Positions 49,051 to 60,001 of a stretch of DNA of 64,000 nucleotides are shown one piece after another. The position numbers were made by a program, and so were the translations under genes. The DNA is taken from assembly GCA_965218795.1 (NCBI GenBank), contig OZ244653.1:2944001-3008000 (forward strand). The letters are read 5' to 3'. A model generated the notes under the pieces. The model had not been told where the DNA came from and did no database searches. It saw nothing but the letters and a program-made list of their open reading frames with translations. The DNA is from a bacterium (GTDB lineage: Bacteria; UBA8248; JACPRG01; G963555815). Position 1 is the stretch's first letter. Each line of letters begins with the position of its first letter.

Positions 49051-49136
49051 AATCATTGAAATCAAATTTCCCTACAATCCGGAAGGTCGCATCACAAAGG
49101 GATTCAACGAAAAGAGGCAAAAAGAAGGAGTAAACG

Positions 49137-49739
49137 ATGTACCTCACAAAACGGCAGCGACAGATATTGGATTTCATTAAAGAGTTCATCGAAGAGAAGG
49201 GTTATTCCCCGAGTCTGGAGGAGATCGGGGCGGGGTTCGGTTTGACCTCTCCAGCAACAGTTCATAAGCACGTGATGAATCTGATTGATAAAGGCCTCCT
49301 AAGACGAGGCTGGAACCGGAGTCGGTCGATCGAGGTGCTGGAGGGGAGAAATCCCGAGCCCGTCAAGGAACTGCCATTGCTGGGATATATCGCAGCGGGA
49401 AGCCCGCTGGAGGCGGTTCTCGATCAGACCACCATTGCGCTTCCCTGGACCGAAGCCGGAGCACGTAGGCTCTATGTCCTTCAAGTCAAAGGACAGTCCA
49501 TGATCGAGGATCATATTGAAGACGGCGATTATGTCATTGTGGAGGAACGACAAACCGCCAATAACGGAGAAACGGTTGTCGCCCTGCTTCGCGATAACGA
49601 GGCGACCCTAAAGCGTTTTTACCGCGAAAACAGCCACATTCGCCTCCAGCCGGCAAACCGGGAGATGGAGCCCATCCTCGTGAGTGAGAGCGAACTGCGG
49701 ATTCAGGGAATCGTGGTTGGAATTCTCCGAAAATACTGA
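49137..49739 (+). CDS. lexA: SOS repressor LexA
   Basis: LTKRQ..ILDFI, YSPSLEEI, IAAG cleavage site, GQSM, ATLKRF. Confidence 0.96.
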   Translation: MYLTKRQRQILDFIKEFIEEKGYSPSLEEIGAGFGLTSPATVHKHVMNLIDKGLLRRGWNRSRSIEVLEGRNPEPVKELPLLGYIAAGSPLEAVLDQTTIALPWTEAGARRLYVLQVKGQSMIEDHIEDGDYVIVEERQTANNGETVVALLRDNEATLKRFYRENSHIRLQPANREMEPILVSESELRIQGIVVGILRKY

Positions 49740-49744
49740 AAAAC

Positions 49745-50355
49745 TTACCTCCGGTCCTCCGCAATACTGTGGGTAATGAAAAGGACCGTCTTCCGGGTCT
49801 TCTGCCAGATCCGCAAGAGCTCCAGATTCATTTCATCCCGGGTGATGGCGTCCAGCGCGCCGAACGGCTCATCCATCAACAACAGAGGCGGGTCATGGAT
49901 TAATGCCCGCGTGATTGAAGCTCGCTGTTGTATCCTCCCTGAAAGTTCACCGGGATACTTGTCCTCGAACCCGTTGAGGCCAACGAGATTGAGAAGCTCC
50001 ATCGCCCGGTCCCGATAATCCGAGACGTTCATCTTACGGGCCTCAATCTGCAACAGCACATTATCGAGGGTCTTTCGCCATTCCAGCAACACGGGCGATT
50101 GGAAGACGATCCCCACATTGGTCAACGGACCACGAACCGGGGCTCTCCCGAAACGTCCACGGTCCCTTCCGTCGGTGACAGCAATCCGGCGGTCAGCTTC
50201 AGCAGGGTGGTCTTCCCGCAGCCGCTCCGGCCTACAACCGTGAGGAACTCACCGTCTCCGACGTTCAGGTCAACCTCTTCCAGGGCGATGACCTCCCGAT
50301 CCGCTCCCGGATTGTAGACCTTTCGAAGACCCCGGTATTCGATGACGTTCGCCAA
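49745..50355 (-). pseudogene. TauB/SsuB-type ABC ATPase, frameshifted and 3'-truncated
   Basis: GRSGCGKTT in ORF 50122-50424; LSGRIQQR/DEPFGALD in ORF 49745-50125; ends soon after the H-loop. Confidence 0.8.
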
Positions 50356-50365
50356 ACGTGCTCCC

Positions 50366-50520
50366 TTACATCCCCGGGTTGGGGCGGATGAACTGGTTTG
50401 TATAGACCTTCTTGTAATCGACATGCGGGGAGAGCTTGAAATGCTTGTTGGCCGTCGCCACCGACTTCCGGACCATGGATTCCTTCATGTAGCCGAGGCT
50501 TTTCCCTTTGACTGCCGGGT
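50366..50520 (-). pseudogene. C-terminal remnant of an NMT1/THI5-like binding protein
   Basis: PAVKGKSLGYMKESMVRKSV...DYKKVYTNQFIRP* abutting the IS30 end. Confidence 0.6.
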
Positions 50521-50522
50521 CC

Positions 50523-51724
50523 GGCGGTCTCAAGGGGTTGACGCACCATCTTGGTAATGATCAACTCATTGCCAGGGGGTGGTGATGCGGCCACGGGAGG
50601 AGCATGGAAGGCTAAGCAGGAGTGATCGCCTCGAGATCAGAGAACGGATCAGAGCCGGTCAGACACACGCGGAGATCGCATCAGCCATCGGATGCTCCAC
50701 GAAGTCGGTGCAGCGGTTGCTGGTACGGACGGGCGGCTACCCGCCACGTCGGCGAGTGCGTTCTCCACTTCGACTGACGGTTGGGGAGCGAGAGGAGATT
50801 TCACGAGGGTTGAAGGCTGGCGATTCGTTCAGAGCGATCGCCAGGCGGCTGAATCGAGCGCCCTCAACCATCTCGCGGGAAGTAGTCGCCAACGGATCTC
50901 GGAACCGATATCGAGCTTGGCGCGCCGACCGAAGACGGCGAAGCTGGCACGCAACCCACGGCTGCGTGCGAAGGTAGAGCGGTGGCTCGCCCAGCGCTGG
51001 TCCCCGGAGCAGATTGCCCATCGCCTCAAGCTCGAGCATCCTGACGACCCCGAGATGCATGTGTCTCACGAGACGATCTATCGGTCCTTGTTCGTCCAAG
51101 CCCGCGGGGTGCTCCGTAAAGAGCTCACAGCGTATCTGCGAACCCGACGCACACGCAGACATTCTCGGCGACGGCTCGACGGTGCCGGCCGGCTGCGCAA
51201 CATGGTCTCGATCGCCGAACGACCGCCTGAGGCTTCCGATCGGGCCATCCCGGGGCATTGGGAGGGGGACCTGATCCTTGGCGAGGTAGGTCACTCAGCC
51301 ATCGGTGTGGTGGTCGAGCGGAGGAGTCTGTATGTGCTGCTCCTCCACCTTCCGGACGGGCGGGGGGCTCCTGAGGTTCGGCGGGTCCTCGCCGAACAGT
51401 TGACGGCTTTGCCCAACCAACTCCGTTGCACGCTCACCTGGGACCAGGGCAAGGAGATGGCCGAGCACGTCCGCTTCACCATCGAGACCGGCGTTGCCGT
51501 CTACTTCTGCGATCCGAAAAGCCCATGGCAGCGCGCAACGAGCGAGAACACCAAGGGTCTCTTGCGTCAGTACTTCCCGAAGGGGACTGACCTATCCCTC
51601 CACTCCCAGGACGAGCTCGACGCCGTCGCTCGAGAGTTCAACGCCCGCCCTCGACAAACGCTCGGCTGGATGACACCATGTGAGGTCTTCGCCAAGTCCG
51701 TTGCGTTGACCCCTTGAGACCGCC
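50523..51724 (+). mobile_element. IS30-family element; transposase 50579-51717 broken near 50930
   Basis: IRs GGCGGTCTCAAGGGG / CCCCTTGAGACCGCC; GHWEGDL, TWDQGKEMA, SPWQR..ENT. Confidence 0.92.
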
Positions 51725-51728
51725 GGAC

Positions 51729-51983
51729 GCACCGGCCGTCCCCTGAGTAGGCCCACCCATGATAGGCGCAAATGATCTCTTCGCCCTCGACCCATCCGAG
51801 AGAAATGGGCGTGCCTCTGTGGATGCAGAGGTCGTGGAATGCCTTGACCTCTCCACCCAGGCGGCAGACCGCAATCCGGTCGTCCAATAGAGTGACGGAG
51901 ATGGGGCCATCATCCACGTCTTTGGAAAAGGCAACGGGGTGCCAATATTCTCTCAGCTTGGGCCATAGGGCACTCTCGCGCAT
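51729..51983 (-). pseudogene. N-terminal Rieske oxygenase fragment truncated by IS30
   Basis: LREYWHPVA...CIHRG...CAYHGW, paralog of the 16956/18034 genes. Confidence 0.88.
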
Positions 51984-52012
51984 CTTATTCCCTTCGCGGC
52001 TGAAGGCGATTT

Positions 52013-52618
52013 TTAGTTATGGGCGCTTGGCCCCAGGATGGTGATCCCTTCCTGCCGTTCAATTTGACGGATGAACGTGTACTTGTGCTCTCGGCCGTCG
52101 GCGTGTTTTCGTTTCACGCCCGGTGTGATCACCGCTTCGACCTTGGCGACCACGAAGTGAGGCCCCTCGGTTTGGATGATGTCCTCGCAGGCCGACTCGA
52201 ATTCATCAATGGAACGCACAGTCTTGGCTCTATCAATTCCACAGGCCCGGGCGACGCCTTCCAGGTCAGTTCGTCCGCGCGTATGCGTGGGCGGACCGCC
52301 GACGGAGAGGTAGCTCTCGTTGTCCCAGACGATGACGCCCAAATTCTTCGGCTGCTCATTTCCCAATGTGGGAATAATCCCCAGGTTCAGGAGCAGTCCC
52401 CCGTCGGTATCCAGCGCGATAACCTTTCTGTGGGGGAGGCCCATGGAAAGCCCGAACGCGACCGGTGATACGGTACCCAGATGCTGGTGAAACATGCTCT
52501 GCTCGCGCAAATGGGGGGCGACGTCGTACCACTCGTCAACCGCTCCGCCCAATGAGATCACGATGAGTTCGTCCTGAACCTTGGGGGCGAGAGCCTGCAT
52601 GCATTCATATCGCCTCAT
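52013..52618 (-). CDS. TPP-dependent decarboxylase beta subunit (ComE-like)
   Basis: DTDGGLLLNLG...DNESY TPP motif. Confidence 0.85.
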   Translation of the reverse strand: MRRYECMQALAPKVQDELIVISLGGAVDEWYDVAPHLREQSMFHQHLGTVSPVAFGLSMGLPHRKVIALDTDGGLLLNLGIIPTLGNEQPKNLGVIVWDNESYLSVGGPPTHTRGRTDLEGVARACGIDRAKTVRSIDEFESACEDIIQTEGPHFVVAKVEAVITPGVKRKHADGREHKYTFIRQIERQEGITILGPSAHN

Positions 52619-53115
52619 CGGACGGCTTCCCCCGCCATAATCACGGCCGTATGGTAATAGGACGAGTAAGCGTGATGAAAGGCGTTCACGATGGAGTTCT
52701 TGATGTCCCGGTCTTCCCGGACAATCTGATAGGGGATGCGGAGTGCCTGAAGCATTGGCTCCATGGTGGTTCCATGAGGAACGCCCCACCAGTTTTGTTC
52801 ACCGAATTCTCCGCGGTAGCTCATGATCATGACCACCGGGACTCCGTGCCCCAGCCCCATTCTGGCCAAGGGCTCGGATGCCACGCGGAGGCCGGAATTC
52901 TCCATGATCATCACCGCCCGTTTCCCGGAAGCGAATACGCCGCCGCATATGGCCACGCCCTCACCTTCATTGGTCACGCACACGGATCGGACTTCAGGGT
53001 CTGCCACAACCGCTTCATAGAGTTCCTTCAGATGGGAATCAGGCAGGTAACAAACGATGCTTGCGCCGGCTTCCTTGAGCCCGTCCATGGCGAGCTTGAC
53101 GGCGTCAGGGCGCAT
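52615..53115 (-). CDS. TPP-dependent decarboxylase alpha subunit (ComD-like)
   Basis: YLPDS, NEGEGVAIC, MENSG, SYRG; 4-nt overlap with the beta subunit. Confidence 0.85.
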   Translation of the reverse strand: MRPDAVKLAMDGLKEAGASIVCYLPDSHLKELYEAVVADPEVRSVCVTNEGEGVAICGGVFASGKRAVMIMENSGLRVASEPLARMGLGHGVPVVMIMSYRGEFGEQNWWGVPHGTTMEPMLQALRIPYQIVREDRDIKNSIVNAFHHAYSSYYHTAVIMAGEAVR

Positions 53116-53262
53116 CAGTTCCACTCCTGGTCTGTGAAGGAGGGGCTCAGGCTGTGGATGGAAATCCCTGCCCGAGTGACGTTCATTCTGACGTCAATGA
53201 TTCAAGAACCCAGTCGTCATTTTATCGGAAAAACGGGAGCGGTGAAAAGGGGAACTGAACCA

Positions 53263-54644
53263 TCACCCGGTGAGCAGTCTTGGAATGAATGAAATGTCGT
53301 CAAGATCCTCGAGGTGCGCGATGGCCTCCCCGAGCTCTTGGAGATTGGCCTCGTGGATTTTGGTCGCTGAGAAGGCCGCGCACGCGGCCGCCTTGTCGAA
53401 CACTTCCTCAAAACTCATGGGATCGTCTGGGTGGCCTTTGGGAGATTCCTTGGTGTGTGGAAAGAACCCCGGTGGTGGGTGATGATCTCCACGGGGGTCG
53501 GAGGAATGACACGGGCGAGATGCTCCAGCCGTTCGTCCACCTCGGGTACGACGCGGCGCGCAAGCATCAGGATGTCCTTATCCTGAATCGCCTCTTCCGA
53601 GATCTCATGGATGAACAGCCTCTGACGCACGGCCGCGGCGGCCAGGCAATAATACAGGCTGAACGCCGCGTGGAGGGGGGTTTGGGGCTGGAGTCTCAAG
53701 GCTCGTGGTTCACACGTCATGTGATAACCGTTTTGACTGACCGTGACCCTGATCCCTTTGATCTGCTCAGGGGAAAGGCCCTCGTTTCGGACAATTTCAA
53801 GAACGCTGTCGATCGCGCCGTGAAAATACCGGCCACAGGGATAACGCTTGATGCTGACATTGGCGACTTCGAATCGTTCCCCCAAGTCATCGATAATCGG
53901 GTGAGGGGTCCATTGGTCCAGGAAGTAGGCTGGATAGAGACCGAACCGGCCTTCGAGGAAGTTCTGGATTCCATCTATGCCGCTTCGTGCCAGGAACGCC
54001 GACCGTACTCCCGCTTCAACGGCCATCCCGTGCTGGACACGCAGGTTGAGGGTTCCGTCCAGTTGGGATTGAAGCGATCCCGCCGATTGACTGTAAGCGA
54101 GGCCGAGTGCATTCCACATTTCGTACTCATCCAGCCGCAGAAGTTTTCCAGTCACGGCGGCGGAAGAGAACGTGGCGAACGTGGCGGCCCCCCAGGCGAT
54201 GTGTCCGACTCGGATACCGCAGGCCAATCGAAGCCTGGCGACCAAATCCACTCCGAGTGAAACGGCCGTAATGATCTCTTTGCCGGTGACGCCGCCCAAA
54301 TCCTCGGCCACGGCCACTGCTGCCGGGACGGCTGCAAGGCCGGAATGATCCCCGGTCAGGTCGTGGGAGTCGTCAAGCTCCCGGGCCCGACCCATCGAGG
54401 CATTTGTCCAGGCTGCCATCGGGGCGGTGAGCCGGTCGCCGAAGGCGAAGACGGTGGACTTTCCCGATGGGGACCAGCTCTTGACCTGCCGGACCAAGGC
54501 GTCCGAGCCTTTTGCGCTGCTTCCCGCCAGGATAACGCCCGATGTGTCGAGGATCATATGCTTCGCCGCCTTCACGGCGCTGACGGGGAGATGGTCGAAG
54601 TCGGTGTGCACGAGATGATGGATCAGGCGTTCTGTCAGTTCCAT
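53263..54644 (-). CDS. MmgE/PrpD-family protein, frameshifted near 53450
   Basis: ELDDSH, KRYPCG, FSLYY; C-terminus PKGHPDDPMS.. lies in the adjacent frame. Confidence 0.85.
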
Positions 54645-54908
54645 GTCTGATTCACCGTGGTTCGGCGGGTCTCCATCGGGAAAATCGGCTCGGGTTCAAT
54701 GGAGAAAATTTTCAAAGACGATACGCCGTAAGAATCATTCGGGTCAATCGCTTTGAAATCCCGCCCAATTTCTCATAGGATTCTGTATCGGGGGACATGG
54801 GTTCAAATCTTGCTCTGTTTTTCCCTTTCGTGACCGCAGTCGCGGAATTTTGTGCGGCGTTGCCGGCGTGGACCGGCTGTGACGCAATCATCCACGAGGA
54901 GAATGACC

Positions 54909-56000
54909 ATGAGCATGAAGGCGCAGGGGGTGATTTCCAGAAAGGTCGGAGAACCCACGGAGCTTGAAGAGATTCAGATCGATCCTCCCGGACCGGGGGA
55001 GGTGTTGGTCAGAATCCAGGCGAGCGGTGTGTGCCACACGGACCTTCATTACAAGCTGGGAGCGATCAACGATGATTTTCCCTTCCTTTTGGGGCATGAA
55101 GGCGCCGGGATTGTCGAAGAAGTTGGCGAGGACATCCTCGAACCGAAAGTCGGCGATTACGTGATTCTGGCTTGGCGCGCGCCTTGCGGAAAATGCCGCT
55201 TCTGCCTGATCGGCCAGCCTCACCTTTGTTCGGCCAGCCTCAACGCCGAGCCGCGGATGAAGACCTCGGAGGGACAGGTATTGTCGCCGGCCCTGGGAGT
55301 CGGCACATTCTGCACCCATACAGTCGTTTCCGCCAAACAGGCGGTTCAGGTCCCCGAATCGTGCCCGCCGGCCCAGGCCTGTTTGCTGGGCTGCGGGGTC
55401 ATGACAGGGATTGGCGCGGCGCTGTACACGGCGCAGGTCCATCGCGGCAGCACGGTGGCCGTGTACGGGTGTGGCGGGGTCGGGTGCAGCGTCATCATGG
55501 GCGCGAAAATGGCCGGCGCGCGGACCATCATCGGTGTCGACGTCTTGAAGAATAAGCTCGATTGGGCGAAAGATTTTGGAGCGACGGACGTCGTGGACGC
55601 CGGCAAAGGTGATCCAGTCGAGGCCATCAAGGAATTGACCGGCGGCCTGGGGGTCGACTACGCCTTCGAGGCGGTGGGCAAGCCTGAAACCCTTCTCCAG
55701 GCGCTATGGTCCCGCGATCTGGCCGGGACTTGCACGCTGATCGGCGTTCCCAATCCCCAGATGAAAATGGAGCTTCCCATGCTCCAGTTCTTCGGCCTCG
55801 GCGGGTCGTTGCGGGTGAGCTGGTACGGGGACTGCCTGCCCTCGAGGGATTTCCCGCTGCTGGCGGACTGGTACGGCCAAGGACACCTGGACCTGGACAG
55901 GGTGGTCACCGAGGAGATCAGGCTGGAGGACGTCGAACCCGCCTTCGAGGCCATGGAGGCGGGTTCGACCCTGCGCTCGGTCATCGTGGTTCCGGATTAA
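54909..56000 (+). CDS. Zn-dependent alcohol dehydrogenase, S-(hydroxymethyl)mycothiol dehydrogenase-like
   Basis: GVCHTD, GHEG, CGKCRFC..C, SWYGDCLPSRDFP. Confidence 0.88.
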   Translation: MSMKAQGVISRKVGEPTELEEIQIDPPGPGEVLVRIQASGVCHTDLHYKLGAINDDFPFLLGHEGAGIVEEVGEDILEPKVGDYVILAWRAPCGKCRFCLIGQPHLCSASLNAEPRMKTSEGQVLSPALGVGTFCTHTVVSAKQAVQVPESCPPAQACLLGCGVMTGIGAALYTAQVHRGSTVAVYGCGGVGCSVIMGAKMAGARTIIGVDVLKNKLDWAKDFGATDVVDAGKGDPVEAIKELTGGLGVDYAFEAVGKPETLLQALWSRDLAGTCTLIGVPNPQMKMELPMLQFFGLGGSLRVSWYGDCLPSRDFPLLADWYGQGHLDLDRVVTEEIRLEDVEPAFEAMEAGSTLRSVIVVPD

Positions 56001-56058
56001 GTCAAAAAGAAGGGCGGCGAGGGGCTGTGGGGGCAACCTCCCGCAGCCCTTTCGCGCA

Positions 56059-57078
56059 TCAGTCGAGTGACCCGGTCAAGCCCAGTAATCGCGCCGCGTT
56101 TCCGCCCCTGATCATCGCAATTTCATCTTTTGAGCAGCCCGACAACCCATCGATCGTCTCCACGGGGTCCGAATCCGACATGAGAAATGGATAATCCGTC
56201 CCCATCAGAATGTGGTCGCCTCCCCACGTTTTCACGAGGAACTCCAGGGCCGCCGTATCGAAGACGAGGGTATCGAAGTGGAGCTTTCGGAGTGAGTCCC
56301 GGAGGGGCCGGCTCAGTTTTTCTCCTGTGTTCGGGCGAACCTCGATCATTCGCGTTAACCTTCCGTGCTGATATGGGATAAATCCCCCTCCGTGGACGAT
56401 CGCCACCTTGAGGTTAGGCAACCGTTCAAGCACCCCTCCGAAGGCCATGCTGGCTCCCGCGATGGTACTGTCGATGGGGTTTCCGAGAGAATTGATGAAG
56501 GTGTAATCCCTGAGACGGTCTGCGGCCGCGACCTGATAGGGGTGGATCAAGACGAACGCGCCGAGCTGCTCGGCCCGCTCGAAGAACGAGAATAGTTCAG
56601 GCGCGTCAAAATTCTTCCCGAGGACATGAGTGCCGATTTCGACCCCCCGAAGGCCCAACTCACCCATGGCTCTTTCCAACTCACCGACGGCCCGCTCGGG
56701 ATCCTGAAGGGGGACCGTCCCAAGGCCCGTGAACCGATCGGGGCGGTTGGATACGGCTTCCGCGATGCAGTCGTTCTGCAACCGCGCAAGCCGCTCACCG
56801 ATCTCCGCATCCGCCTCGTACAGGAAGAGGTACGGGACGGGCGCCAGGACGTGGAAATCCACCCCCGCCTCGTCCATTTCCGTCAGGCGACGGTCCATGT
56901 CAAACCCGCCCAGGCGCATCGGCCCGATTTTTCGGTTGTTGATCTGAATATCAAATAACTCAGGGGCGGTTTCCTCCCGGACGAACGTCCATGCGGAATC
57001 GACCCGGCTCATTTCCTCCAGGCATTCCGGAGTCACCCAGTGGCAGTGAACATCGATGGCGCGGGTATCGGTCATCAT
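56059..57078 (-). CDS. amidohydrolase-2 family (ACMSD-like decarboxylase)
   Basis: DVHCH, VPLQDP, IHP, HGGG, GTDYPF. Confidence 0.9.
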   Translation of the reverse strand: MMTDTRAIDVHCHWVTPECLEEMSRVDSAWTFVREETAPELFDIQINNRKIGPMRLGGFDMDRRLTEMDEAGVDFHVLAPVPYLFLYEADAEIGERLARLQNDCIAEAVSNRPDRFTGLGTVPLQDPERAVGELERAMGELGLRGVEIGTHVLGKNFDAPELFSFFERAEQLGAFVLIHPYQVAAADRLRDYTFINSLGNPIDSTIAGASMAFGGVLERLPNLKVAIVHGGGFIPYQHGRLTRMIEVRPNTGEKLSRPLRDSLRKLHFDTLVFDTAALEFLVKTWGGDHILMGTDYPFLMSDSDPVETIDGLSGCSKDEIAMIRGGNAARLLGLTGSLD

Positions 57079-57086
57079 GCAATCCT

Positions 57087-57489
57087 CTAAGGGCTATGTT
57101 TGGAAGGCTGAGGAAGGACCAGAAAGCAGGCCTCTTCCATCATTTCTGCGTTGGGTCTCGGATTCCCTCCGCGGTTGGAGCTTCGGCGCGGTCCAGATCG
57201 GGCGCCCGTCACCCTTGAAAAGCGGGAACCGCGGGCCGCCTGTCTCCACACCCATGGGTGCACGGGGAATTTCACCGTCATCGTGGAGCCGTCATCGGGT
57301 CCTCCGGTTGTCCGCACCCAGAACCGCCCGCGTTTTGGCGCGGATCTTATCGGCCACTTGAATTTGCTCGCCCCCCGTGGTCCCCATGATGGGCGGCACC
57401 GCAATCAGTCGGGCAGCCGCACATCCAAGGATACGCCAGCGCCGGACCTGCCGCTCCAGTCGGTCCAAACGTCGTTTGATGCTGTTCAA
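57087..57489 (-). pseudogene. degraded membrane-anchored hypothetical protein
   Basis: RLDRLERQVRRWR..TM..IRAK pattern broken across frames. Confidence 0.4.
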
Positions 57490-57573
57490 GTCCGTGTTCC
57501 GTTCCTTTTTGAGGTCATCACTTGTTTGCGGTGTGATTCCCTTCGAACGCTGGGATGCGCTGATTTCTCTCTA

Positions 57574-58353
57574 TCAGGCACCCTTCACGGGGCTTTCCCA
57601 TTCGATTCCGTGTTCACGGTCCCAGTCGACTGAATTGAGGAAACTCCCGTTTGGATATCCGGCGGGATTCGTCAATAAATCCAGGAGGCTTCCCCGCACC
57701 GCTTCAATCGGGCGGGCCTCATGGTAGCGATCTTTGGGAAGTTCCGAGAGAGGGAAATTTCTGGTGATCATTCTTCCCGGTCCCAGGGTGTGAGCCAGGA
57801 TGCCCCGATCGCCAAATTCGGCGGCGATGCCCTGGGTGATCCCCTCAACCGCCCATTTGGTGGAGCTGTATCCGATCGCATTTGGCACAGCGCGGTGCGC
57901 AAGGCCCGAGCTGATGTTGATGATGTGCCCGCCCCCCTGCTTGACCATCTCGCGGAGTTCCGCCTGACAACTGAGCATCACCCCAAGAATATTGACCATC
58001 AGGAGATCCCGGTACATCCCGGGGTCCAGGTCCAGGAGTGAGTCCCTGCGACCCCCAAGGCCTGCGGCGTTAATGGCAATGTCCAACCCGCTCAGGGCCG
58101 AGACCGTCTCCCGGACCATCCTCTCCGTATCGTCTTTTTCCGTCACATCCGTTTTGACAGACAGTGACCGAGAATCCAACCGACGGATTTCATCCCTCAC
58201 AGCCTGGATTTCCGAATCGGTAGTGGCCGCAACGGCCACCGAGGCGCCGGATTCCGCAGCCGTCAGCGCGCACTCGCGGCCGATGCCCCGTCCGCCTCCC
58301 GTGACGAGGACGACCTTGCCCGCCAGGGGCTTCCCCCTGGATTTGTCTGTCAT
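57574..58353 (-). CDS. short-chain dehydrogenase/reductase
   Basis: TGGGRGIG, NAAG, YSSTK. Confidence 0.92.
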   Translation of the reverse strand: MTDKSRGKPLAGKVVLVTGGGRGIGRECALTAAESGASVAVAATTDSEIQAVRDEIRRLDSRSLSVKTDVTEKDDTERMVRETVSALSGLDIAINAAGLGGRRDSLLDLDPGMYRDLLMVNILGVMLSCQAELREMVKQGGGHIINISSGLAHRAVPNAIGYSSTKWAVEGITQGIAAEFGDRGILAHTLGPGRMITRNFPLSELPKDRYHEARPIEAVRGSLLDLLTNPAGYPNGSFLNSVDWDREHGIEWESPVKGA

Positions 58354-58499
58354 CGGTGACTCACTTTGCCGACGGATGAATGAGAGATTTCAAGACGCAA
58401 GAATACCACAGCCCGCCCAGCGGCTGTCTTCGTCTCCGGGAGTTTCGCATGGTTCAATGGATATCCGTGTTGCCTGGTTTCATGGGGGGCTGCCGGGGG

Positions 58500-58745
58500 A
58501 GGCAGCATTTCCAGCGTGTGCAGCACGCCGGCCGCTACATCGGAGTGGAGCGCAATAACCCCGATTTTGCAGAGGTGGCCAGACTCTTCGGGGCGCACGA
58601 CGAGCGTATGGAGGATCCGGGCGGGTTGCGCCCGGCCATGGAAGAGGCATTGAACACGGGAAAACCGGCTGTCCTGGCCGTCATCATCGATCGCAACGAA
58701 GACGCTGAAATCCGTACGGACCTTCTACCATATTTCAAGGAGGCC
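58500..58745 (+). pseudogene. C-terminal remnant of an acetolactate-synthase-like TPP enzyme
   Basis: NPDFAEVARLFGA...LRPAMEEALNTGKPAVLAV. Confidence 0.7.
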
Positions 58746-58804
58746 TCATTCTTTCTTCTCTGGAGCCTGGGTTTTTCGAGGGTCCGGCACGCCAGCCGGA
58801 TGGC

Positions 58805-60001
58805 TCACGAAATCGCTGAGCCTTCGGGCTCTTCGTCCACCGGGTCGTCGCTGCTTGCGCGCTTTTTGGCCGTAGGCGCATAGCCGCCCCCCTTCATCTT
58901 TGAAGCGGCATCCAGGGTCGCCTTCATTGATTCGGGCGGGATCCCGTTGGGATAGGCGTCGTCAGGGCACCGGCTGTCCCGCATGTAGGTGCATGGGCGG
59001 CACTCAATGCAGCGGATGATGTCGTCGGACTTCCCCGCGATGGCCTTCTGAGCATACTGGGGATCCGACAGCATTCCACGCGCGACCGCAACGAAATCCG
59101 CGCCCATCTTCAGGTAGCTCTCAATCCGCCCCGCATCAAAGGCTGCGCCGTTGGCAATGATGGGAACCGCGACGGTCTTCCGAAGCCGCTGGAAGGCGGG
59201 ATTGTAGAGATCCGGCATGACCGGAACACCCACGCGGGCATTACGAGAGCAGTGGAGGATGTCCACCCCTGCGTCCACGAGCGCGGGGGCCAGGGCCAGT
59301 GTGTCTTCAATCGTGAATCCTTCGTCCCAAGGCTCCAACAATCCCAGTCGATAGCTGATCACCATGTCCGGTCCGGCGGCGTCCCGCACAGCACGGGCAA
59401 CCTCCAGCGGAAAGCGCATTCGGCTTTCCAGAGACCCGCCGTATTCGTCCGTCCGCTGATTGGATGCGGGCGAGAAAAATTGCTGACAGAGGTACCACGT
59501 GGCCCCGTGAATTTCGACTACTTCGATTCCCGCCTCGCGGGCGCGGCGGGCAGCCTGACCGTAAGCCTTGACGGCGTCCTTGACCTCCTGCGTGGTCAGT
59601 TCTCTGGGGACCTCGTCTTCGGTCGGATGGGCGATGGGCGACGGTCCGACAATCGGCATTCCCGTGATTTCTCCGATCGCCGTCCGGCCCGCATGGAACA
59701 ACTGAAGCCCCAGGGGGGCGCCGGCCGCACGGACCTCCTCGGCCAGCCGTTTCAGTTCGGGAATCAGCGAATCGTCACAGGAGCCGAGCTGATCGGGAAA
59801 TCCCTTCCCTTCCTGATTGACGTGGGTCGCTTCGGTAAAGCAAATGGCCGCGCCGCCGCGCGCCCGCTCCGTGTAATGTGCGAACGACCATGGGGAAGGG
59901 GAACCGTCTTCGTTAGCCCGCGATGTGGTCATTGCGGACATCAGGACGCGGTTCTTGATCCTGAGGCCGCGAACCTCGATAGGGTCGGTGAATTCTGTCA
60001 T
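58805..60001 (-). CDS. NADH:flavin oxidoreductase (Old Yellow Enzyme family)
   Basis: IKNRVLMSAM, QLFHAGR, NQRTDEYGGS, VARG; CIECRPC tail. Confidence 0.9.
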   Translation of the reverse strand: MTEFTDPIEVRGLRIKNRVLMSAMTTSRANEDGSPSPWSFAHYTERARGGAAICFTEATHVNQEGKGFPDQLGSCDDSLIPELKRLAEEVRAAGAPLGLQLFHAGRTAIGEITGMPIVGPSPIAHPTEDEVPRELTTQEVKDAVKAYGQAARRAREAGIEVVEIHGATWYLCQQFFSPASNQRTDEYGGSLESRMRFPLEVARAVRDAAGPDMVISYRLGLLEPWDEGFTIEDTLALAPALVDAGVDILHCSRNARVGVPVMPDLYNPAFQRLRKTVAVPIIANGAAFDAGRIESYLKMGADFVAVARGMLSDPQYAQKAIAGKSDDIIRCIECRPCTYMRDSRCPDDAYPNGIPPESMKATLDAASKMKGGGYAPTAKKRASSDDPVDEEPEGSAIS

